In this document: positions 42,392 through 54,771 of the stretch, one piece after another
Layout of the letters: every line of letters begins with the position of its first letter
Position numbering within the stretch: the stretch's first letter is position 1
Source of the DNA: Hydrolagus affinis
Taxonomy: Eukaryota
NCBI GenBank assembly: GCA_012026655.1
Contig: JAAILG010000328.1
Location: 1 to 64,000 of the forward strand
Direction: 5' to 3'
Length of the DNA stretch: 64,000 nucleotides
The notes under the pieces: generated by a model
What the model saw: the letters and a program-made list of their open reading frames with translations, nothing else
What the model was told of the DNA's origin: nothing
Database searches by the model: none
Program-made: the position numbers and the translations under genes

Positions 42392-42709
42392 GTGGAGCTC
42401 CTGTAGCTCAGTGATTAGAGCACTCGCCTTACAAGCGTGAGACCTGTGTTCGAATCCAGGCAGATCAGAGCGAAACCTTGGGCAAGTTTCCTTACTCCAC
42501 ACACTTAATAATACCAAAAAAAAACGAAAACCCTCCACAATAATAAAAATTGGTCATTTCAATCCACGACTGTTTGTGGGACACTGCTGTGCGCAATTGG
42601 CTGCCGTGTTTCGCCCACAAATATACAGTCAATTCACTTTATATATTCTGTGAAGCGCTTTGAGACATTGATAACATGTGAAAAGCACTATATCAAATGC
42701 AAGTATAAT
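42392..42709 (+). mobile_element. SINE copy
   Basis: Colinear with the family, CpGs largely retained. Confidence 0.9.
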
Positions 42710-42888
42710 GCTTCTGAGTATCCAAACCAGAGACGTTTCTACCACCTGTACATGGAAATTCCCATGTTCTGGAATGAAATCCTCTCTTTCCCTGGAGGGA
42801 TGTACTCCTGATTTCAAAGAGTATCACATGGCTGTTGGCAAGAGTCGAGGCTTCAGGACCCCAGAGTGCACTGTGATACATCTAGAAT

Positions 42889-43101
42889 GAAAACAACTTG
42901 CTGGGAACACTCGGTAGGTCAGGCAGAGACCTGCAGTGCCTGGAGAGAGAAGAAAGTGAGTTAACGTTTCAGGTCGATCTTTCGTTAGTCGAGAAGCGTT
43001 AACTCACTTTCCTCTTTCCATAGCTACCACCTGACTTGCTGAGTGTTCCCAGCGATTTCTGTTTTTATTTTAGATTTGCAGCATCTGCAGTATTTTGCCT
43101 T
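42889..43101. mobile_element. Older fold-back Penelope derivative
   Basis: Inverted arms gctgggaacactc...gaaagtgagttaacgttt / cgttaactcactttc...gagtgttcccagc and the same tail gcatctgcagtattttg. Confidence 0.8.
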
Positions 43102-44276
43102 AGATACTTCCAAGAGTTCAACACGCCAAAATTATATAGCTTACCATTGAGCTTGTTCAGCTGAGACCTTGCAGTGCTTTCTCTGGCTTGCAGTTAACAG
43201 GAGCTGATTGGAAGGATCCCTGCACCCAACTTAGAACAATATTTACATAAATTTAATTATTCTATTCTGGATCTTGCCTTATTGTGTACTTCTGGAACTT
43301 CCATTCTTTATCCTCTGAATTTTAAATCTTATAACTTGACTTATATTCAGAGCCTTGGGACGTCCTGTAGTTTTGTTGTTGTTGTTGTTGTAGCCTATGA
43401 TGGCTGAAGGATGATTTACTTTAAAGAGTCTACTCAGCAAAATCTGGAGAAGGGGTTTACGAAGTAGTACCAAGTCAGAGAAAGGGATGGAGCTGGAACT
43501 GCAGATGCTGAGGCACAGTTGAACTTGCATAAAGGGCATCACTGTCAATGATTGTGGGCCGTTAATTTAAACTAAATAGCAAACGAGCAACAAGGGAGGG
43601 TAGAAGACATTTTTTCACTCAGAGTAGTTAGGATATGGAATGTCCTGGGGGGAGCAGTGGTTAAGGCATAATCCACATTAGCTTTCAAAAGGACACTAAA
43701 TAGATATGTAAACAGGAATAATCTACAGGACGAGGGGAGAAAGACCGGTAAATAGGATTGAAATGATTTTTTAGAAAAGCCAGCACATTAGGCTGAATGG
43801 CTTTCTTCTGTGCTGCACATTTCTATTTTATGGACATTTATGCTGCTTAAAGCATGTTGAGCTCCACAGACGGTTCGAATAGATACACACATACACAGTG
43901 TTTCCCTGAGGCTCTGCTATGCGCAATAGCCCACAGCGGAGTAACTACAGTTTGCTCCTGAGGCAGTGAGTGGAGGAGTGAAACAGAGCTCACCAAGGTT
44001 TGTGAGGGTGTGGGTCAGTCCCTGCAGTGGCCCCAGTGGTGCAGAAACATCTTGAAAGGTCAGTGACCTTCTGGATCTCAATAGATCTAATCCTATGGCG
44101 TGTGGAGGATGGTAATGTATTTGAAGAAATCCTTCACTATTCCTATAGTTTAAGTGTATACTATATGGCTCTACGTTATATCCTTTAATACATTTCTTCA
44201 GGGTGACTATTGGCCATCCATGGCTTTTAAATATGATACATCTATGTACTAAAGTTCAACAGATCCCCATTTTTGA

Positions 44277-44953
44277 ATGAGTCTTGTAGATCAGTGGTTA
44301 GAGGCCTCGCAAGCAAGAGTCCTGGATTCGATTCCCAGCAGGGCAAAACCTTGAGCAAGGTATCCTTACTCCACACACCTAATAATAATCCTTCCAAGAA
44401 AAAAAATAATAAATTGGTCATGTTAATCCATGATTGTTTGTGGGATACTGCTGTGCGCAATTGGCTGCTACATTTCGCCCACAGATATACAGCCAACACA
44501 CTTTACAACAACAGAATTACATTTATAGAGCGCCTTTCATGTCGGGAGGACGTCCCAAGGTGCTGAACGGTTAGGTCAGGACCCGTGCGGGTGTGGTGGC
44601 GGTCGGGGTAGGGGGAAGGAGTAGGAGAGGGGGTAGAGTTAGGAGGGGAGCAGAAGGCATGGTCGAAGAGGAAGGACTTGAGACCGGCCTTAAAGGAGGA
44701 AAGGGAGGAAGTGAGGCAAAGGGATTGCGGGATGGAGTTCCAGAGTTTGGGGGCAGAGAGGCTGACATGGAGGCTGACATTCGGGCGGGGGACATGGAGC
44801 AGGCGAGAGCCCGCTGAACGGAGGAGACGGGCAGGCTGACGGGGAGACCGTCGGTGGGAGAGGTGGAATTTACAATATATTCTGTGAGCGCTTTAAGATG
44901 TCTTGAAGGTGTGAAAAGCTCTACATCAAGTGCAAGGAATGTTATTGCTATTA
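44277..44953 (+). mobile_element. SINE copy interrupted by L2
   Basis: Head and body to 44508, tail from 44869. Confidence 0.85.
44509..44868 (-). mobile_element. L2 3' fragment nested inside a SINE
   Basis: Family tail at the left end; flanked by tttacaa direct repeats (44502-44508, 44869-44875); the SINE resumes on the right. Confidence 0.85.
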
Positions 44954-45195
44954 AAAGTGAGAAAGGTGACTGAGAGCAAACAGAATACTGTATTTCAGCT
45001 GGAGCATTTCAGCTTTCGGCCAGTGTGGTCAGGTGAGGTCATTAAATTAAATTGGAGATGAAAATTACTTGTTAGCTTGGTGCTGCCTTCCATACAGCTC
45101 ACAGCAAAGAGTTTCCAGGAGAGTTTGTCCCAGCTTGGGTTGGACAGGAAAAGCTTCAGCTCTGATGAGTTTCTATCCAACTAATCAGGTAGTTG

Positions 45196-45865
45196 AAACG
45201 CAAAATACTGCAGAGGCTGGAATTCTAAAACAAAAACAGATATCGTTGGGAACACTCAGCAGGTCAAGCAGGAAGGAAAAGCCAGTCAACGTTTCGGGTC
45301 CACGACCCTTCGTCGGAACTGGGACATGTTGGGAAGGAGAGGCTTTTAAGGACTAACAGAGAGGGAAATGCAGGGCAAGGAAGCCAAAGGAGAAAATGGT
45401 GGTAGAAGACAGGAGATGATGGGTCAAAGAGGTGTTGATGTTGCAAAACAAAGCGGGGGGTGGTTGCAACAAAACTGGAGAGAAGAGGCCTTAATAAAGC
45501 AAAACAAGACAGGGGGAAATTGCAAAAGAACAGGCAGGTCAGAGAGAGAAAAGGTGTGTCTGGGATCCGGATGATGTGGTCATGGTCACAGAAGAGGGGG
45601 AGGTGGGAGGTGAGCTGTTATGGCCTGAAATTGTTGAAATCAATATTGAGGCCAGAGGGTTGTAAGGGTCTCTCACTGTTCCTCGAGCTTGCGCTGAGGT
45701 TCATTGGAACAGCGTAGGAGACCATGGGTGGAGAGGTCAGACTGTGAGTGGGAAGGAAAGTTGAAATGGCAAGAAACCAAAAGATCAGGGTTGTATTTGG
45801 AGAGAGAACGGAGGCGTTCGACAAATCAGTCACCCAATCTGCATTTGGTCTCCCCAATGTAGGTG
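45196..45865 (-). mobile_element. Penelope-like element 3' fragment: decayed GIY-YIG endonuclease plus pLTR
   Basis: Minus strand from 45861 reads YIGETKCRLGD*FVERLRSLSKYNPDLLVSCHFN...RKLEEQ, then after a frameshift LQPSGLNIDFNNFRP* (stop 45618-45620), followed by the pLTR shared with the fold-back elements. Confidence 0.9.
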
Positions 45866-46639
45866 CTATATATAGCAAATGCAAGGTTTATTTAAAAACT
45901 AGAACTATTCCAGACCAGCAGGAGAAAAAAAATCACGACCAGACATTTACTTCTAACATGTTTGCTGTATAAAGTCAGCCGCAGTCTAAGGCTTGCTTTC
46001 ATTTCTTGTTTAGGGAGAAACCACATGACACAGAGAGACGGTGAGTCACAGAAACCTGAAAGAGGCAATACTGTACAGTATAAAGACAACTCACACTTGA
46101 CAATTGAATAATTTTCTTTGATGAAATAACCGAGTGTATTGATCAAAGTGGTGTGTGTATGTGTGAGTGAGTGTGTGTATATATACAGTATAGATAATAT
46201 ATATATATTGCTTGGATCACAGTGAGGATGTTGTATCCAGTTCTAGATGCCCCATTTCACAAAGTCGTAGAGAGGAGATTCACTTGGGTGAAACTGAGGG
46301 CTAGGGTCTACATTTGAGGAAAGAAGATTGGGAGGAGAAACTGCAAAGTTGCTTGAAATGTTCAAAGGTTTGTGGTTAGGTGACTGGACAAAAAAAGTAT
46401 TAGTTGGTGAGTCATTAACCAGAGTGATCATATCCCCCCGATTTCCAGTCACAGAACTCCATGAAAGAGGTGTTGTATCCCCAGCTGAGAATGTCCTCCC
46501 AACATGAAAGGCGCTTTAGAAAATGGAATTTTGTTGTTGTTGAATTGTGTCTCTGGTCAAATTTGCCCGTTCTTGAGTTCAGCCACAAACTCAGCAAGAA
46601 CAACAATACTCTAAAACAGATTCACTCAACAGAGAAATA

Positions 46640-47258
46640 CAATTAGTCCTCACTTAAATGTCATAGTTGTGTTCTTGAAAAGCGCGACTTTAAACGAGAC
46701 GATGTTAAGCGAACCCATTTTTCCCATAAGAATTAATGTATAAACTGGAGTTAGGTTCTTTTGGATACTTTTCGTCAAGGTTTTCTAATTATAAGTTGAA
46801 ATACATGTACATTCATAAATGTAAAATAAAAAATATATTTTAAAATAAAATTTAAATGACATAACACTCACTGCATCAAAACGGGTTAAAACATCTCATT
46901 TCATTTAGAGAGTAATAGTTTTCCTGTTTTTTTTCACTACCAGACTCATAACTGTCATTTCCTGGGGCGTTTTTAACTCATGTTTATAGAGGATTGCACA
47001 AATAAATCACAATAAAAAATTACCGATATCACACTGCGCAGAAACTTAAAGTGGCGACGTTAAGACTGAGGATGGACGCTGCGTATGAACACCGAATGGT
47101 AGCCTACGCTACCCAAAGTACAGTAGTTTGTTTCCACCCACTGGCGAACGATGTAATAGCGAATATCGCAACGTTAAATGGATATATGTTCCCTTATGTA
47201 TCACTAGCGTAATAACAAAACAGCATTGACCAAAGCAACGTGAAGCAGGGTCTACTTA
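46640..47258. mobile_element. Degenerate Tigger-like DNA transposon, family C
   Basis: TA-flanked degenerate inverted ends (agtcctcacttaaatg / acgtgaagcagggtctact) and a Tigger-like subterminal tttcccataagaattaatg. Confidence 0.6.
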
Positions 47259-48189
47259 TATACTGATTAATCCAACGTGTCTCACGTACTGCCAGCATCA
47301 GGAAAGCTGGTGAGTTCAATTTTTCTTTATATAAGTGTCCTGGGATTTGGTTCACAAAATATGATCCCCCTCACCCAGAGACCTTACGTATCAAATCATT
47401 ATCAACGGAACAAAGGGAGAGGTTAGGAGAGTGCTTTGGTTTTCATTGAGGATTATTAGGACGTACCAAAATATGGTGGTTAATCAACAATCCATAACGG
47501 CACTTGAAAGGGAATGAGATATATTGGCAAAGGAAAAATATGAAAGGATAAGTGGGACTAATAGCTGGTCTAGGCGTGATACGCTAGGCCTCCTAATGAG
47601 CTGTGAGACTCTATGATTATAACAAATTCTAAGTTCTCTTGCGTAAGCAGCTGTAATTTCCAGGAGACTTGATAGATGTATATGTAATCATTCACCACTT
47701 TTGTGAAGCTCAAATTTACGCATTGACGGACAGCTCAGTGTCATCTAGTTTCTGGTTCTAATAACAATATTCCTTGAATTTGATATAATGCCTTATCGTG
47801 TCTTCGAGACGTCTCAAAGCCCTCCAAAGCCTCCAAAGCCCTCCAAAGCCCATCCAAACAACAATGCAAATCCCCCCGCCCCTGCCCCCACCACCCCCAC
47901 ACTCCTCCCTCTCACCCTACCCAAGCACAAATCTGTAATGAAACAGCGATCAAATATTTGGGGGTTAATATCATTTATAGGAGAAATTGAATAACTGGCC
48001 AAATAGTTGCTGCAGAAGTAGTTACGTGGATACAGTTTGCAGACTCAGTGACATAAATGGTACTGACCTGCAGGACAGTAGCTGAGTTCGACTGCCTAGC
48101 TCAAAGGGCATAAATGCTGTATTTTCCACTGCAGCAAACAATTTTGCTTAAGTGCTTATTTTAGTTAGCAAGGTTGCGTAAACACTGAG

Positions 48190-49550
48190 TAATAATAATA
48201 ATAATCCTTGCATTTGATATAGCGCTTTTCACATCTTATCGACATCCCAAAGTGCTTCACAGAATATACTGTAAAGTGAATTTTACTTGTATATATTTGT
48301 GGGCGAATCGTGGCAGCCAATTGCGCACAGCAGTGTCCCACAAACAGTCGTGGATTGAAATGACCAATTTTATTATTGTGGGTTTTTTTGGAGGGATTAT
48401 TATTAGGCGTGTGTGGAGTAAGGAAACTTGCCCAAGGTTTCGCCCTGACCTGCCTGGATTCGAACGAACACAGGCTCGCCAGCTTGGTCTCCCCCAGCTT
48501 GCAAGACAAGTGCTCTAACCACTGAGCCACAGGAGCTCCACAAAGGTTTACTCTGTGCGTTAATGTGTCACATTTGTTTTTGTATTTACAATCAGCGAGT
48601 ACATTTTCAATAAAATCTCAATGCTGCAAGTTGACCAAAGTTGGTCAGTTCACTCCTGTTGGGTGCATAAGTGGATATTTTTTGCACATTGGGGATGCCA
48701 TTGAACCATTCAGAGCTGTACTGGTGCGAGATAACTGCTGGGATTGGCTGAACTATTTCAGTAAGGGTCCAAAACCTAGTTCGACACATTCTATGGGCAA
48801 AACAATGTAATTTTATTTTAACTGACAGAGGATCTTGGCCACTGCACCAGAGAAACAAAACTCCCATTCCTTTTTAAAAAAAATCCCATGAGTACATGCT
48901 CAACCTCAGTAATAATAATCCTTGCATTTGCTATAGCTACGTCTTCTAGATATCTCTAAGCGCTTCATAGAATATACATGTACTGGAAAGTGAATTGACT
49001 GTATATTTGTGAGTGAAATGCGGCAGCCAATTGCATACAGCAGTGTCCCACAAACAGTCGTGGATTCAAATGACCGATTTTTTTTCCCCGAGGATTATTA
49101 GGCATGTGGAGTAAGGAAACCTGCCCAAGATTTTGTTCCTGCTGGGAATTGAACCCAGGTCTCTCGCTTGCAAGGCGAGTGCTTGAACCACTGAGACACA
49201 GTGCTCCACTGAGCTACAGGACTCCACTCAATTCATAATAATAGTAATCCTTGCATTTGATATAGAGCTTTTCATGTCTTCTAGATGTCTCAAAGCTCTT
49301 CATAGAATATGCTGTAAAGTGGATTGACTATATTTGTGGGCGAAACTCGGCAGCCAATTGTGTACAGCAGTGTCCCACACACAGCCGTGGATTGAAAATG
49401 ACCAATTTATTATAGTTTTTTTTTGGATGGATTATTATTAGGCATATGGAGTAAGGAAATTTGCCCAGGTTTCGCTCTGCCTGGATTTGAAACACCGTTT
49501 CTCACACTTGTAAGGTGAGTGCTCTAACCACTTGAGCTGCAGGATTCCAC
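48190..49550 (-). mobile_element. Cluster of three same-orientation SINEs (48190-48541, 48910-49227, 49237-49550)
   Basis: Each has the (TAA)n tail, body and tRNA head on the minus strand. Confidence 0.9.
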
Positions 49551-51259
49551 TTCAAATCATGTGCACTCTTGGTGACTTAAACCCATAACCTTTTGCTACA
49601 GAGGTAGGAGGACTACCGAACCCATCAAGTCTGTTGATTTGTTCTCTCCATGTGAGGCACTTCATCTAATCCCATTCTTTTGTTTTCTCCTAATGGTTCT
49701 CTTTTGCAAACATCTTGTAAAATGAGTATAATTTTGTATTACCGCCCTCTCACTCATCTCTAAATCTTTTCACATCCTTTCTGACCTCCTCGCCTCCCAC
49801 TGCACTATCCGCTGCCTTGGCTCAGCTGGTTTGGAACTCTTCCTTGTCCCTCGTCCCCTTCACTCCACCGTCGGCAGTCACACTTCCAGACACTACACCC
49901 CAAAGCTTTGGAACTCTCCTACAATTTCACCCACAAATATACAGTTAATTTTCCTACTTTCCTTCCCCAAACTCTGTGAAGCGCTTTGGGACATCAATAA
50001 GACGTGGAAAGCGCTATATAAACTAAAGGATTACTTACTTACAATCATTCTGGCTTGTTACCCCCTCACTCCCCACTTTTAGATCATTCCTGAAGACTCT
50101 TTGGCCATGCTTAGAATCACCTCCCCCATTCCCCCACTCAGCATTGGGGTCTGCCACTGTTAAGCACTCCAAGACGTTGCTCTGAGTGAAGGGCGATATA
50201 CAAATGCAAGTTGTTGTTTACAAGATAATTGGATCATTTGAATAAAATGATTTTCCATTCCATACTCGGTGGTCACACTAATCAATAAATTACTCTCGAG
50301 GCAGCAGCAAGGTTCCTTCTCATTTCATGGCTCACACTTGTTGACGTTGCTTTGAAACGAGGAGGAATTTCAAAACAAATCAAACCCACACATGTGATAA
50401 CAATCCTTACATCTGGTACATCACCCTTTTTTACTGGAGAATATCTCAACATGATATACTGTGAAGTGTGGTGATTTTCTATTTTGTAGCATTATGCCAC
50501 AAACAGCCATGAAATGAGTGACCTATTTTATTTGTGAGATTGTTGGCCAGGATACCAGGTAAAAGACCCTCTTTTCAGATAGTACCTTGGGATTAACGTT
50601 CCCTTGAACAGACTTACAGGATCTCGGTTTTAATGACTTAACTGAAGGACGGCACCATTACAATACAACGTACCCCCCAGCACTGCATTGGATTGTCATC
50701 TTAGACTATGTGTGCTTTTCTTGACGTAGAGTTTGAGCCTACAACCTTATGATTTGGAGGTGAGATCACTATCAACTCAGCCAGGATGATACATATAAAA
50801 GTATCTGGAGAGGAAGAGAGTGAAGTACGAAGGTTTCAATAATTGGAGGGAAAGATGCCAATGTTTTTCATTGTTATTACGTTTATTAATATAAGAATAT
50901 GAGATAGAACCTAATAGGGTCGTCATCATCACTCAGAAGGGAGAGTGCCACTAGGTCAGTCAGGCTGACACTTTAAAGGCAGCAAATGTTTCTCAGTAGA
51001 GGGTTTGATTGAGAGTGTGATGTTGCATATTGAGACACATTTAGAGGCACAAGAGAATGCTCATTGTGTCTGTTTTCAAGGCTGGAACGTCCTGGATTAT
51101 CTGGTTGCTCCACATAGCACGGATTGCAGATGATTCTCATTGCCCTCTGCATTGCATTTCAAGCCTGGGTGGTTTCCTTATATTCAGAATCAGAACTATA
51201 CACAGCACATTAAGTTCAGCCTGAACGAGAGCACTGTAAACACTGCAAAATAGTGTTAG

Positions 51260-51980
51260 CGTTCAAAGGGACTTGGGTGTCCTTGTACACCAGTCACAAA
51301 AAATTAGTTTGCAGGTACAGCAAGCAGTTAGGAAGGCTAACAGTATGTTGGCATTCATTATAAAAGGGTTAGAGTATGAGTAGGGAAGTCTTGCTGCAGC
51401 TGTATAGGGCCCTGGTGAGACCGCACCTGGAATACTGTGTCCAGTTTTGGCCTCTTTATTTAAGAAAGGATGTGCTTGCCTTGGAAGGGGTACAATGTAG
51501 ATTCACTAGGTTGGTACCTAGGATGAGGGGAATGAGTTATGAGGAGAGGTTGAGCAATCTAGGCCTATATTCTCTAGAATATAGAAGAATTAGAGGTGAT
51601 CTTATAGAAACCTATAAGATTATTAAGGGGCAAGACAAAGTAGATAGTGGGAGATTGTTTCCCCTGCTTGGAGAAACTGTAACCAGGGATCACAGTCTGA
51701 AGATTAGGGGTCAGCTCTTTCGCACTGAGTTGAGAAATAATTTCTTCACTCAGAGGGTAATGAATTTATGGAATTCTCTACCCCAAAGGGCTGTGGATGC
51801 TCAGTCCTTGAACATATTCAAGACTGAGATTGATAGATTTCTTATGGATAAAGGGATTAAGGGATATGGTGATAAGGCGGGTAGGTGGAGCTAGAATAGA
51901 TCAGCCATGATCTTATTGAATGGCGGCGCAGGCTCGAGGGGCCGAATGGCCTACTCCTGCTCCTAATTCTTATGTTCTTA
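51260..51980 (+). mobile_element. CR1 LINE 3' end (ORF2 C-terminus and 3'UTR)
   Basis: Open ORF 51376-51894, LYRALVRPHLEYCVQFW...RRIRGDLIETYKI...FFTQRVMNLWNSLP; ends gggccgaatggcctactcctgctcctaattcttatgttctta. Confidence 0.95.
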
Positions 51981-52093
51981 CGAATATGAGATCTGAGGCC
52001 AAATTTTTCAATTTGAAAAATAGAATATTGGTATAATGTTAGTAATACTGATGTTAGTAACAATGAAACCAATTCATAAGTTCATTTCAACAA

Positions 52094-52437
52094 TTTATTT
52101 TTGCCACAAAATGGTCAATTCGCTTACTGAAAATGTACTTTTCAGCACTTTGGGACGTCCTCCTGGTGCTACGCAAATGTAATTTGTTGCTGTGGTTCTT
52201 TACAGTATATTCTGCATAAGATGTCTTGAAGATGTGATATGGTGTTATATCAAATGGGAGGATTATTATTATAAGAAGCTCTTAACACATTATTAGTAAT
52301 AATCCTTACACAAAAGCACATGTAATGATTATTAATAATAATGTGAGACCCATCTAATTAAATGTGAATTGACGAATGCGGAATTTAAAAATGTGACACA
52401 GAAAACAAGCTGTAAAAAAAAAAGTATTATGTTTATT
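52094..52437 (-). terminator. Candidate COL15A1 polyA signals (AATAAA at 52432-52437 and 52094-52099)
   Basis: TTTATT on + strand, 1.1 and 1.4 kb past the stop, at the end of an AT-rich UTR-like stretch. Confidence 0.5.
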
Positions 52438-53535
52438 CAGAGTGTGAAACATCCTTCATTTCAAAACAATCTGATTTAGACATTTGTCTCTTATATTAAA
52501 AAGGTTGCTGATTTACGCAAAAAAAATATTTTTTTAGTTGTGATAGTGGAGCCTATGGAATGTACTATAATCTGATAAAATGATTATGTTGGAAAAGAAA
52601 AATGCCTTTTCTAAAATTTATACTAATCGGATATAAATTTGCTGTGAAATAGTTTTACTGTTCTATAGCCTATCGCCCCTTTTCTTTTTTCTACAAAATA
52701 CTGTAAGGGAAAATGGTTAAGCTTATTGATTTGTAGCAGTATAACTGCATTGTAAAAATAGGTTAAACTCAAGAATACAATACAGAAGTGTAAAGCAATA
52801 AATACAATGTAGGTACGTTTGCATAATACTGCTTTCAGAAACATGTGAAGATGTTAAAAGGAAAGTCCCAGTTTTGTGGAAAACAGCATTGTTAAAAGCA
52901 CCTATATGTGCATTAAAATACTTTATGATACCATTATACAGTTTAGTAGTAAAAATCAATGCATAGTTTTACAATGTACATTAGAACCAATCAAAAAGCA
53001 TTTGCACACTGAACACAGCCCAGTAAATGACAGCACATTTACAACAAACCTACAGCTTGTATTTTGCGCAGTGTTTGCACAAAGATCCTTCGTCATTGAG
53101 ACTCGGTTCGAAGATGAGTGAGCATTAATTGTGAAGGATTTTTGCCGTGCATGTGCATGACTGTATGAGCTCAACTTGGCTTTGTAGAAGTTGAGTAGAA
53201 ACGCTCTGATAAATAGTTATTTTTAGCAGCAACCCCATGATTGATTTGATTGTTAGCACCGAAGGATCAATGAAGGTGGTTGGGGGAAACTGCAAAACTG
53301 GAGTCCTTATTAGTACAAATCAGGCTTACTTTTAAAATCAGCCAATGCAGAGTTTGAGGTATGTCATCTTTGGCTTCTATTTCCGTGTAACTTTCTGTAA
53401 ACTTACAATCTCATCAGAAAGCAATATTTACATCATCCAGACATTCACATATTTATAGAAAATAACAGTGTCATTATCCATTTTCTGAATTTTCTAATGA
53501 AATTGTAGACTTGATATAACCCAAATCGTTTCACA

Positions 53536-53767
53536 TTAGGCTGTTGACCTTTTCCTCCTCCTCTGGTCATGCATGTAACTGTTTTCAATGCAGAGAACGA
53601 TAAAGTTATTGGCACAGTTGTACAGATGCTGAACCAGTAGTTTCCCACTTGACAGTGGTGAGGCCTTCCCGGTAATCACCATGTCTGCTGTCCGCCAAGC
53701 TTGACAGTAGTTCGTCGGGACACCGGCTCCTTTTTCGTTTGACCCATGCCATATTATTTTGTGAGGC
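53536..53767 (-). CDS. COL15A1: COL15A1 terminal exon, coding part
   Basis: tttttccag acceptor. Encodes (W)PHKIIWHGSNEKGAGVPTNYCQAWRTADMVITGKASPLSSGKLLVQHLYNCANNFIVLCIENSYMHDQRRRKRSTA*. WRTAD, ASPLS and adjacency to TGFBR1 favour XV over XVIII. Confidence 0.93.
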
Positions 53768-53827
53768 CTGGAAAAATTGGCGTTGGATATTTAGTTTAGT
53801 TTATAACAATGCAGACATTTGAGAAGA

Positions 53828-54095
53828 CAACAACTAGCAGTTCTGTAGCTTCCCTCACACAGGGCAGCGTCCCAGAGTGCTCGACTGTGGCAGAGAGCCA
53901 ATCCGAGCTGGGGGCAGGGAGGCGATGGGAGACACAGTCGAATAGGAAGGTCTTCAGGCGCGATCTGACAATAGGGAAGAAAGGGGCAAGGCGGAGGAAA
54001 GAGGGAAGGGGTTCCAGAGCTTAGGGGTGTAATGGCTGAAAGCACGGCCACCGATGGTGGAAGAGGGTACAAGGCTGGAGCCAGTCGAGCAGAGG
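53828..54095 (-). mobile_element. L2-related 3' fragment in the last COL15A1 intron
   Basis: caacaac tail, cgtcccagagtgc, ggttccagagc...gccaccgatggt motifs shared with other L2 copies. Confidence 0.65.
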
Positions 54096-54224
54096 AAGCA
54101 TTTGACGCTAGAGCAATGAAGGCATTCGTTTCTCGGGCTGCACTACTTCCAACAAATGCAGGTTTGTGTAAACGAGCGCCAAGAATTTCCACGGGTGTCT
54201 GGGAAAAGCCAGAGAAAGACTTAC

Positions 54225-54337
54225 CAGGATGGATCCTTCATGATATTTCTACCGTCGAAGGAATAAATAGGAATGTTTGTGTTGAACGTGGCAAGGCTTT
54301 TGAATAAGGCCTCCCAGTTGGCAAAGAGCACTTCCCC
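54225..54337 (-). CDS. COL15A1: COL15A1 restin domain exon 2
   Basis: ttttcaacag acceptor, CTG|gtaagt donor; 113 nt. Encodes GEVLFANWEALFKSLATFNTNIPIYSFDGRNIMKDPS(W). Confidence 0.95.
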
Positions 54338-54573
54338 CTGTTGAAAATAATGTGTTAAAAGTGAAAAAGGGTGGAGATGTTTTTGGCTAACGTATGAGAT
54401 GCTGACAGACTAATTCTGGTGCAAATGGGTTAAACAACAATAACCACATTTCTTTCCATAGAAACCCAACGTTGAGAACTTAGTAATTGATAGATAAAAA
54501 GCCTTTGTAATTTCACTTTTTTCATTTTATGGCCTCTGGATTCAGTGAAAGCTGATGCCCCAAAGTCTTTTAC

Positions 54574-54771
54574 CTTTAGGTTGACAATTGGCATGTTTGC
54601 TCTGTCAGCTTTCCTCACAATGGTGTACAGGTCTTGTAGATGAGAGGATAAAAAGGCCCGATAAGTTGCCATTGATCCCATTGCTCGAGCTTGCTGGAAA
54701 CACTGAAAATCAGCTCCACGGATACCGTGCATGTTACCAGAGAGAGGTGTATTCAACGCAACCAGGTGCAA
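54574..54771 (-). CDS. COL15A1: COL15A1 restin (endostatin-like) domain exon 1
   Basis: ttctctgctag acceptor, AAG|gtaaaa donor; 198 nt. Encodes [66 protein letters not shown]. Confidence 0.95.

Noticed and set aside
48165-48530. Recurrent similar ORFs (e.g. HCCAQLAA, TVYSVKRFETS) across the window
   Set aside because: They are translations of SINE copies, not a gene family.
51376-51894. Intact 172-aa ORF as a host gene or active LINE
   Set aside because: It is the C-terminal part of a 5'-truncated CR1 ORF2 lacking the RT core and endonuclease.
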